NCBI GenBank assembly: GCA_964016885.1
Contig: OZ024744.1
Span: 129,704,001 to 129,768,000 of the forward strand
DNA from: Eledone cirrhosa
Taxonomy: Eukaryota
Length of the DNA: 64,000 bases
Direction: 5' to 3'
The notes beneath the pieces were generated by a model. It did not search any database. It was not told where the DNA came from and was given only the letters and a program-made list of their open reading frames with translations. Within the stretch, counting starts at the first letter, position 1. Each line of letters begins with the position of its first letter. Below, one piece after another: positions 1 to 10,500 of the stretch. Made by a program: the position numbers and the translations under genes.

Positions 1-2990
1 GGGGTTAAGTTAATTTGTGGTTAAGTTAAGTTGGGGTTAAGTTAAGTTGGGGTTAAATTCAGTCGGGGTTAAGTTAAGTCGGGGTTAAGTTACGTTGGGG
101 TTAAGTTAAGTTGGGGTTAAGTTAAGTTGGGGTTGAGTTAAGTTGGGGTTAAGTTAAGTTGGGGTTAAAATAAGTTGGGGTTAAGTTAAGTTGGGGTTGA
201 GTTAAGTTGGGGTTGAGTGAAGTTGGGGTTAAGTTACGTTGGGGTTAAATTAAGTTGGGGTTAAGTTAAGTTGGGGGTAAGATAAGTTGGGGTTAGTTAA
301 GTTGCGGTTAAGTTAAGTTGGGGTTAAGTTAAGTTGGGGTTAAGTTAAGTTGGGGTTAAGTTAAGTTGGGGTTAATTTAAGTTGGGGTTAAGTTAAGTTG
401 GGGTTAATTTAAGTTGGGGTTAATTTAAGTTGGGGTTAAGTTAAGTTGGGGTTAAGTTAAGTTGGGGTAAAGTTAAGTTGGGGGTAAGTTAAGTTGGGGT
501 TAAGTTAAGTTGGGGTTAAGTTGGGGTTAAGTTAAGTTAGGGTTAACTTAAGTTGGGGTTGTGTTAAGTGGTGGTTATGTTAAGTGGTGGTTATGTTAAG
601 TTGGGGTTAAGTTAAATTGGGGTTAAGTTAAGTTGCGGTTAAGTTAAGTTGGGGTTAAGTTAAGTTGGGGTTAAGTTAATTAGGGTTAAGTTAAGTTGGG
701 GTTAAGTTAAGTTGGGGTTAAGTTAATTTGTTGTTAAGTTAAGTTGGGGTTAAGTTAAGTTGGGGTTAAGTTAAGTTGGGGATAAGTTAAGTTGGGGATA
801 AGTTAAGTTGGGGTTAATTAAGTTGGGTTTATTTAAGTTGGGGTTAAGTTAAGTTGGGGTTAAGTTAAGTTGGGGTTAAGTTAAGTTGGTTAGTTAAGTT
901 GAGTTTAAGTTAAGTTGGGGTTAATTTAAGTTGGGGTTAAGTTAAGTTGGGGTTAAGTTAAGTTGGGGTTAAGTTAAGTTGGGGTTAAGTTAAGTTGGGG
1001 TTCAGTTAAGTTGGGGTTAAGTTAAGTTGGGGTTAAGTTTGGGTAAAATTAAGTTGGGGTTAAGTTAAGTTGGGGTTAAGTTAAGTTGGGGTTAAGTTAA
1101 GTTGCGGTTAAGTTAAGTTGAGGTTAAGTTAAGTTGGAGTTAAGTTAAGTTGGGGTTAAGTTAAGTTGGGGCTAAGTTAAGTTGGGGCTAAGTTAAGTTG
1201 GGGCTAAGTTAAGTTGGGGTTAAGTTAACTTTGGGTTAAGTTAAGTTGGGTTTGAGTTAAGTTGGGGTTAATTAAGTTGGGGTTAAGTTAAGTTGGGGTT
1301 AAGTTAAGTTGGGGGTAAGTTAAGTTGGGGTTAAGTTAAGTTGGGGTTAAGTTAAGTTGGGGTTAAGTTAAGTTAGGCTTAACTTAAGTTGGGGTTAAGT
1401 TAAGTTGGGGGTGAGTTAAGTTGGGGGTAAGTTAAGTTGGGGTTAAGTTAAGTTGGGGGTAAGTTAATTTGGGGTTGAGTTAAGTTGGGGTTAAGTTAAG
1501 TGGTGGTTATGTTAAGTTGGGGTTAAGTTAAGTTGGGGTTAATTTAAATTGGGGTTAATTTAACTTTGTTGTTAAGTTAAGTTGGGGTTAATTTAAGTTG
1601 GGGTTAAGTTAAGTTGGGGTTGAGTTAAGTTGGGGTTGAGTGAAGTTGGGGTTAAGTTAAGTTGGGGTTAAATTAAGTTGGGGTTAAGTTAAGTTGGGGT
1701 TAATTTAAGTTGGGGTTAAGTTAAGTTGGGGTTAAGTTAATTTGTGGTTAAGTTAAGTTGGGGTTAAGTTAAGTTGGGGTTAAATTCAGTCGGGGTTAAG
1801 TTAAGTCGGGGTTAAGTTACGTTGGGGTTAAGTTAAGTTGGGGTTAAGTTAAGTTGGGGTTGAGTTAAGTTGGGGTTAAGTTAAGTTGGTGTTAAAATAA
1901 GTTGGGGTTAAGTTAAGTTGGGGTTGAGTTAAGTTGGGGTTGAGTGAAGTTGGGGTTAAGTTACGTTGGGGTTAAATTAAGTTGGGGTTAAGTTAAGTTG
2001 GGGGTAAGTTAAGTTGGGGTTAGTTAAGTTGCGGTTAAGTTAAGTTGGGGTTAAGTTAAGTTGGGGTTAAGTTAAGTTGGGGTTAAGTTAAGTTGGAGTT
2101 AATTTAAGTTGGGGTTAAGTTAAGTTGGGGTTAAGTTAAGTTGGGGTAAAGTTAAGTTGGGGGTAAGTTAAGTTGGGGTTAAGTTAAGTTGGGGTTAAGT
2201 TGGGGTTAAGTTAAGTTAGGGTTAACTTAAGTTGGGGTTGTGTTAAGTGGTGGTTATGTTAAGTGGTGGTTATGTTAAGTTGGGGTTAAGTTAAATTGGG
2301 GTTAAGTTAAGTTGCGGTTAATTTAAGTTGGGGTTAAGTTAAGTTGGGGTTAAGTTAATTAGGGTTAAGTTAAGTTGGGGTTAAGTTAAGTTGGGGTTAA
2401 GTTAATTTGTTGTTAAGTTAAGTTGGGGTTAAGTTAAGTTGGGGTTAAGTTAAGTTGGGGATAAGTTAAGTTGGGGATAAGTTAAGTTGGGGTTAATTAA
2501 GTTGGGTTTATTTAAGTTGGGGTTAAGTTAAGTTGGGGTTAAGTTAAGTTGGGGTTAAGTTAAGTTGGTTAGTTAAGTTGAGTTTAAGTTAAGTTGGGGT
2601 TAATTTAAGTTGGGGTTAAGTTAAGTTGGGGTTAAGTTAAGTTGGGGTTAAGTTAAGTTGGGGTTAAGTTAAGTTGGGGTTCAGTTAAGTTGGGGTTAAG
2701 TTAAGTTGGGGTTAAGTTGGGGTAAAATTAAGTTGGGGTTAAGTTAAGTTGGGGTTAAGTTAAGTTGGGGTTAAGTTAAGTTGCGGTTAAGTTAAGTTGA
2801 GGTTAAGTTAAGTTGGAGTTAAGTTAAGTTGGGGTTAAGTTAAGTTGGGGCTAAGTTAAGTTGGGGCTAAGTTAAGTTGGGGCTAAGTTAAGTTGGGGTT
2901 AAGTTAACTTTGGGTTAAGTTAAGTTGGGTTTGAGTTAAGTTGGGGTTAATTAAGTTGGGGTTAAGTTAAGTTGGGGTTAAGTTAAGTTG
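1..2990 (+). repeat. 1,727-bp tandem duplication (first copy cut by the window edge; second copy from ~1,311)
   Basis: AAATTCAGTC C60/C1787 (offset 1,727); GGGATAAG A782/A2461 (offset 1,679 after a 48-bp deletion near 2,100). Confidence 0.88.
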
Positions 2991-4509
2991 GGGTTAAGTT
3001 AAGTTGGGGTTAAGTTAAGTTGCGGTTAAGTTAAGTTGAGGTTAAGTTAAGTTGGGGTTAAGTTAAGTTGGGGCTAAGTTAAGTTGGAGCTAAGTTAAGT
3101 TGGGGCTAAGTTAAGTTGGGGTTAAGTTAAGTTGGGGTTAAGTTAAGGTGGGGTTAAGTTAAGTTGGGGTCAACTTAAGTTGGGGTTAAGTTAAGTTGGG
3201 GTTAACTTAAGTTGGGGTTAAATTAAGTTGGGGTTAAGTTAAGTTGGGGTTAAGTTAAGTTGGGGTTAAGTTAAGTTGGGGGTCAGTTAAGTTGGTGGTA
3301 AGTTAAGTTGGGGGTAAGTTAAGATGGGGTAAAGTTAAGTTGGGGTTAATTTAATTTGGGGTTAAGTTAAGTTAGGGTTAAGTTAAGTTGGGGTTGAGTT
3401 AAGTTGGGGTTAAGTTAAGTTGGGGTTATGTTAAGTGGGGGTTAAGTTAAGTTGGGGTTAAGTTAAGTTGGGGTTCAATTAAGTTGCGGATAATTTAAGT
3501 TGGGGTTAAGTTAAGTTGGGGTTAAGTTAAGTTGGGGTTAAGTTAAGTTGGGGTTAAATTAAGTTGGGGTTAAATTAAGTTGGGGTTAAGTTAAGTTGGG
3601 GTTATGTTAAGTTGGTGTTAAGTTAAGTTGGGGTTAAGTTAAGTTGGGGTTAAGTTAGGTTGGTGTTAATTTAAGTTGGGGGTAAGTTAAGTTGGGGGTA
3701 AGTTAAGTTGGTGTTAAGTTAAGTTGGGGTTAAGTTAAGTTGGGGTTAAGTTAAGTTGGGTTTAAGTTAAGTTGGGGCTAAGTTAAGTTGGGGTTAAGTA
3801 AAGTTAGGGCTAAGTTAAGTTGGGGTTAAGTTAAGTTGGGGTTAATTTAAGTTGGGGTTACATTAAGTTGAGGTTAAGTTAAGTTGTGGTTAAGTTAAGT
3901 TAGGGTTAATTTAAGTTAGGGTTATGTTAAGTTGGGGTTAAGTTAAGTTGGGGTTAAGTTAGGTTGGTGTTAAGTTAAGTTGGGGTTAAGTTAATTTGTG
4001 GTTAAGTTAAGTTGGGGTTAAGTTAAGTTGGGGTTAAGTTAAGTTGGGGTTAAAATAAGTTGGGGTTAAGTTAAGTTGGGGTTGAGTTAAGTTGGGGTTG
4101 AGTTAATTTGGGGTTAAGTTAAGTTGGGGTTAACTTAAGTTGGGTTTAATTTAAGTTGAGGTTAATTTAAGTTGGGGTTAAATTAAGTTGGGGTTAAGTT
4201 AAGTTGGGGGTAAGATAAGTTGCGGTTAGTTAAGTTGCGGTTAAGTTAAGTTGGGGTAAAGTTAAGTTGGGGTTAAGTTAAGTTGGGGTTAAGTTAAGTT
4301 GGGGTTAAGTTAAGTTCGGGTTAATTTAAGTTGGGGTTAAGTTAAGTTGGGGTTAATTTAAGTTGGGGTTAATTTAAGTTGGGGTCAAGTTAAGTTGGGG
4401 TTAAGTTAAGTTGGGGTAAAGTTAAGTTGGGGTTAAGTTAAGTTGGGGTTAAGTTAAGTTGGGGTTAAGTTGGGGTTAAGTTAAGTTAGGGTTAACTTAA
4501 GTTGGGGTT
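2240..4509 (+). repeat. One representative unit of the underlying ~2.3-kb (about 142-monomer) cycle of variant modules
   Basis: Distance between successive GTGTTAAGTGGTGG landmarks is 2,270 bp. An independent pair, TTCAGTCGG C23798/C26075, gives 2,277 bp. The same order of variant modules recurs across the window with deletions and partial repeats. Confidence 0.65.
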
Positions 4510-7500
4510 GTGTTAAGTGGTGGTTATGTTAAGTGGTGGTTATGTTAAGTTGGGGTTAAGTTAAGTTGTGGTTAAGTTAAATTGGGGTTAAGTTAAGTTG
4601 CGGTTAATTTAAGTTGGGGTTAAGTTAAGTTGGGGTTAAGTTAATTAGGGTTAAGTTAAGTTGGGGTTAAGTTAAGTTGGGGTTAAGTTAAGTTGGGGTT
4701 AAGTTAAGTCGGGGTTAAGTTGGGGTTAAGTTAAGTTAGGGTTAACTTAAGTTGGGGTTGTGTTAAGTGGTGGTTATGTTAAGTGGTGGTTATGTTAAGT
4801 TGGGGTTAAGTTAAGTTGTGGTTAAGTTAAATTGGGGTTAAGTTAAGTTGCGGTTAATTTAAGTTGGGGTTAAGTTAAGTTGGGGTTAAGTTAATTAGGC
4901 TTAAGTTAAGTTGGGGTTAAGTTAAGTTGGGGTTAAGTTAAGTTGGGGTTAAGTTAAGTCGGGGTTAATTTAAGTTGGGGTTAAGTTAAGTTGAGGTTAA
5001 AGTTAAGTAGGGGTTAAATTATGTTGGGGTTAAGTTAAGTTGGGGATAAGTTAAGTTGGGGATAAGTTAAGTTGGGGTTAATTAAGTTGGGTTTAAGTTA
5101 ACTTGGGGTTAAGTTAAGTTGGGGTTAAGTTAAGTTGGGGTTAAGTTAAGTTGGTTAGTTAAGTTGAGTTTAAGTTAAGTTGGGCTTAATTTAAGTTGGG
5201 GTTAAGTTAAGTTGGGGTTAAGTTAAGTTGGGGTTAAGTTAAGTTGGGGTTAAGTTAAGATGGGGTTCAGTTAAGTTGGGGTTAATTTAAGTTGGGGTTA
5301 AGTTGGGGTAAAGTTAAGTTGGGGTTAAGTTAAGTTGGGGTTAAGTTAAGTTGGGGTTAAGTTAAGTTGGGGTTAAGTTAAGTTGCGGTTAAGTTAAGTT
5401 GAGGTTAAGTTAAGTTGGGGTTAAGTTAAGTTGGGGTTAAGTTAAGTTGGGGCTAAGTTAAGTTGGGGCTAAGTTAAGTTGGGGCTAAGTTAAGTTGGGG
5501 TTAAGTTAACTTTGGGTTAAGTTAAGTTGGGTTTGAGTTAAGTTGGGGTTAATTAAGTTGGGGTTAAGTTAAGTTGGGGTTAAGTTAAGTTGGGGTTAAG
5601 TTAAGTTGGGGTTAAGTTAAGTTGCGGTTAAGTTAAGTTGATGTTAAGTTAAGTTGGGGTTAAGTTAAGTTGGGGTTAAGTTAAGTTGGGGCTAAGTTAA
5701 GTTGGGGCTAAGTTAAGTTGGGGCTAAGTTAAGTTGGGGTTAAGTTAAGGTGGGGTTCAGTTAAGTTGGGGTCAACTTAAGTTGGGGTTAAGTTAAGTTG
5801 GGGTTAAGTTAAGTTGGAGTTAAGTTTAGTTGGGGTTAAGTTAAGTTGGGGTTACGTTAAGTTGGGGGTAAGTTAAGTTGGTGGTAAGTTAAGTTGGGGG
5901 TAAGTTAAGATGGGGTTAAGTTAAGTTGGGGTTAATTTAAGTTGGGGTTAAGTTAAGTTGGGGTTAAGTTAAGTTGGGGTTAAGTTAAGTTGGGGTTAAG
6001 TTAAGTTGGGGTTAAATTAACTTGGGGTTAAATTAAGTTGGGGTTCAGTTAAGTTGGGGTTATGTTAAGTTGGTGTTAAGTTAAGTTGGGGTTAAGTTAA
6101 GTTGGGGTTAAGTTAAGTTGGGGTTAAGTTAAGTTGGGGTTAATTTAAGTTGGGGTTACATTAAGTTGATGTTAAGTTAAGTTGGGGTTAAGTTAAGTTG
6201 GGGTTAAGTTAAGTTGGGGTTAAATTAAGTTGGGGTTAAATTAAGTTGGGGTTAAGTTAAGTTGGGGTTAAGTTAGGTTGGTGTTAAGTTAAGTTGGGGT
6301 TAAGTTAATTTGTGGTTAAGTTAAGTTGGGGTTAAGTTAAGTTGGGGTTAAGTTCAGTCGGGGTTAAGTTAAGTCGGGGTTAAGTTAAGTTGGGGTTAAA
6401 TTAAGTTGCGGTTAAGTTAAGTTGGGGTTACGTTAAGTTGGGGTTAAGTTAATTAGGGTTAAGTTAAGTTGGGGTTAAGTTAAGTTGGGGTTAAGTTAAG
6501 TTGGGGTTAAGTTAAGTTGGGTTTAAGTTAAGTTGGGGCTAAGTTAAGTTAGGGCTAAGTTAAGTTGGGGTTAAGTTAAGTTGGGGTTAATTTAAGTTGG
6601 GGTTACATTAAGTTGAGGTTAAGTTAAGTTGTGGTTAAGTTAAGTTAGGGTTAATTTAAGTTAGGGTTATGTTAAGTTGGAGTTAAGTTAAGTTGGGGTT
6701 AAGTTAGGTTGGTGTTAAGTTAAGTTGGGGTTAAGTTAATTTGTGGTTAAGTTAAGTTGGGGTTAAGTTAAGTTGGGGTTAAGTTCAGTCGGGGTTAATT
6801 TAAGTCGGGGTTAAGTTAAGTTGGGGTTAAGTTAAGTTGGGGTTAAGTTAAGTTGGGGTTGAGTTAAGTTGGGGTTAAGTTAAGGTGGGGTTAAAATAAG
6901 TTGGGGTTAAGTTAAGTTGGGGTTGAGTTAAGTTGGGGTTGAGTTAATTTGGGGTTAAGTTAAGTTGGGGTTAACTTAAGTTGGGTTTAATTTAAGTTGG
7001 GGTTAATTTAAGTTGGGGTTAAATTAAGTTGGGGTTAAATTAAGTTGGGGTTAAGTTAAGTTGGGGGTAAGATAAGTTGGGGTTAGTTAAGTTGCGGTTA
7101 AGTTAAGTTGGGGTTAAGTTAAGTTGGGGTTAATTTAAGTTGGGGTTAATTTAAGTTGGGGTTAAGTTAAGTTGGGGTTAATTTAAGTTGGGGTTAATTT
7201 AAGTTGGGGTTAAGTTAAGTTGGGGTTAAGTTAAGTTGGGGTAAAGTTAAGTTGGGGTTAAGTTAAGTTGGGGTTAAGTTAAGTTGGGGTTAAGTTGGGG
7301 TTAAGTTAAGTTAGGGTTAACTTAAGTTGGGGTTGTGTTAAGTGGTGGTTATGTTAAGTGGTGGTTATGTTAAGTTGGGGTTAAGTTAAGTTGGGGTTAA
7401 GTTAAATTGGGGTTAAGTTAAGTCGCGGTTAAGTTAAGTTGGGGTTAAGTTAAGTTGGGGTTAAGTTAATTAGGGTTAAGTTAAGTTGGGGTTAAGTTAA

Positions 7501-10500
7501 GTTGGGGTTAAGTTAAGTTGGGGTTAAGTTAAGTTGAGGTTAAAGTTAAGTAGGGGTTAAATTATGTTGGGGTTAAGTTAAGTTGGGGTTAAGTTAAGTT
7601 GGGGTTAAGTTAAGTTGGGGATAAGTTAAGTTGGGGATAAGTTAAGTTGGGGTTAATTAAGTTGGGTTTAAGTTAAGTTGGGGTTAAGTTAAGTTGGGGT
7701 TAAGTTAAGTTGGGGTTAAGTTAAGTCGGTTAGTTAAGTTGAGTTTAAGTTAAGTTGGGCTTAATTTAAGTTGGGGTTAAGTTAAGTTGGGGTTAAGTTA
7801 AGTTGGGGTTAAGTTAAGTTGGGGTTAAGTTAAGTTGGGGTTCAGTCAAGTTGGGGTTAAGTTAAGTTGGGGTTAAGTTGGGGTAAAATTAAGTTGGGGT
7901 TAAGTTAAGTTGGGGTTAAGTTAAGTTGCGGTTAAGTTAAGTTGAGGTTAAATTAAGTTGGGGTTAAGTTAAGTTGGGGTTAATTTAAGTTGGGGCTAAG
8001 TTAAGTTGGGGCTAAGTTAAGTTGGGGCTAAGTTAAGTTGGGGTTAAGTTAACTTTGGGTTAAGTTAAGTTGGGTTTGAGTTAAGTTGGGGTTAATTAAG
8101 TTGGGGTTAAGTTAAGTTGGGGTTAAGTTAAGTTGGGGTTAAGTTAAGTTGGTGTTAAGTTAAGTTGCGGTTAAGTTAAGTTGATGTTAAGTTAAGTTGG
8201 GGTTAAGTTAAGTTGGGGTTAAGTTAAGTTGGGGCTAAGTTAAGTTGGGGCTAAGTTAAGTTGGGGCTAAGTTAAGTTGGGGTTAAGTTAAGGTGGGGTT
8301 AAGTTAAGTTGGGGTTAATTTAATTTGGGGTTAAGTTAAGTTAGGGTTAAGTTAAGTTGGGGTTATGTTAAGTTGGGGTTAAGTTAAGTTGGGGTTAAGT
8401 TAAGTTGGGGTTCAATTAAGTTGCGGTTAATTTAAGTTGGGTTTAAGTTAAGTTGGGGTTCAGTTAAGTTGGGGTTATGTTAAGTTGGTGTTAAGTTAAG
8501 TTGGGGTTAAGTTAAGTTGGGGTTAAGTTAAGTTGGGGTTAAGTTAGGTTGGTGTTAAGTTAAGTTGGCGGTAAGTTAAGTTGGGGGTAAGTTAAGTTGG
8601 TGTTAAGTTATGTTGGGGTTAAGTTAAGTTGGGGTTAAGTTAAGTTGGGTTTAAGTTAAGTTGGGGCTAAGTTAAGTTAGGGCTAAGTTAAGTTGGGGTT
8701 AAGTAAAGTTAGGGCTAAGTTAAGTTGGGGTTAAGTTAAGTTGGGGTTAATTTAAGTTGGGGTTACATTAAGTTGAGGTTAAGTTAAGTTGGGGTTAAGT
8801 TAAGTTGGGTTTAAGTTAAGTTGGGGCTAAGTTAAGTTAGGGCTAAGTTAAGTTGGGGCTGAGTTAAGTTGGGGTTAAGTTAAGTTGGGGTTGAGTTAAG
8901 TTGGGGTTAAGTTAAGTTGGGGTTAAGTTAAGTTGGGGTTAAGTTAAGTTGGGGCTGAGTTAAGTTGGGGTTACGTTAAGTTGGGGTTAAGGTAAGTTGG
9001 GGTTAAGTTAAGTTCGGGTTAAGTTAAGTTGGTGTTAAGTTAAGTTGGGGCTGAGTTAAGTTGGGGCTAAGTTAAGTTGGGTCTAAGTTAAGTTGGGGTT
9101 AAGTTAAGTTGGGGTTAAGTTAAGTTGGTGTTAAATTAAGTTGGGGTTAAGTTAAGTTGGTGTTAAGTTAAGTTGGGGTTAAGTTAAGTTGGGGTTAATT
9201 AAGTTGGGGTTAAGTTAAGTTGGGGTTAAGTTAATTGGGGTTAAATTAGGTTAGGGTTGAGTTAAGTTGGGGTTAAGTTAAGTTGGGGTTATATTAAGTT
9301 GGGGTTAAGTTAAGTTGGGGTTAAGTAAAGTTGGGGTACAGTTAAGTTGCGGTTAAGTTAAGTTGGGGTTAAGTTAAGTTAGGCTTAACTTAAGTTGGGG
9401 TTAAGTTAAGTTGGGGTGAGTTAAGTTGGGGGTAAGTTAAGTTGGGGTTAAGTTAAGTTGGGGTTAAGTTGGGGTTAAGTTAATTTAGGGTTAAGTTAAG
9501 TTGGGGTTGAGTTAAGTTGGGGTTAAGTTAAGTGGTGGTTATGTTAAGTTGGGGTTAAATTAAGTTGGGGTTAATTTAAATTGGGGTTAATTTAACTTTG
9601 TGGTTAAGTTAAGTTGGGGTTAATTTAAGTTGGGGTTAAGTTAAGTTGGGGTTAATTTAATTTGTGGTTAAGTTAAGTTGGGGTTAAGTTAAGTTGGGCT
9701 TGAGTTAAGCTGGGGTTAAGTTAAGTTGGGGTTAAAATAAGTTGGGGTTAAGTTAAGTTGGGGTTGAGTTAAGTTGGGGTTGAGTTAATTCGGGGTTAAG
9801 TTAAGTTGGGGTTAACTTAAGTTGGGTTTAATTTAAGTTGGGGTTAAGTTAAGTTGGGGTTATAATTAAGTTGGGGTTAAGTTAAGTTGGGGGTAAGATA
9901 AGTTGGGGTTAGTTAAGTTGCGGTTAAGTTAAGTTGGGGTTAAGTTAAGTTGGGGTTAAGTTAAGTTGGGGTTAAGTTAAGTTGGGGTTAAATTAAGTTG
10001 GGGTTAATTTAAGTTGGGGTAAAGTTAAGTTGGGGGTAAGTTAAGTTGGGGTTAAGTTAAGTTGGGGTTAAGTTGGGGTTAAGTTAAGTTAGGGTTAACT
10101 TAAGTTGGGGTTGTGTTAAGTGGTGGTTATGTTAAGTGGTGGTTATGTTAAGTTGGGGTTAAGTTAAGTTGGGGTTAAGTTAAATTGGGGTTAAGTTAAG
10201 TTGCGGTTAAGTTAAGTTGGGGTTAAGTTAAGTTGGGGTTAAGTTAATTAGGGTTAAGTTAAGTTGGGGTTAAGTTAAGTTGGGGTTAAGTTAAGTTGGG
10301 GTTAAGTTAATTTGTGGTTAAGTTAAGTTGGGGTTAAGTTAAGTTGGGGTTAAGTTAAGTTGGGGATAAGTTAAGTTGAGGATAAGTTAAGTTGGGGTTA
10401 ATTAAGTTGGCTTTAAGTTAAGTTGGGGTTAAGTTAAGTTGGGGTTAAGTTAAGTTGGGGTTAAGTTAAGTTGGTTAGTTAAGTTGAGTTTAAGTTAAGT

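Noticed and set aside
545-554. Palindrome AACTTAAGTT as a hairpin, operator or terminator
   Set aside because: It arises from one G-to-C change in the consensus, is only 10 bp with no loop, and has no gene context.
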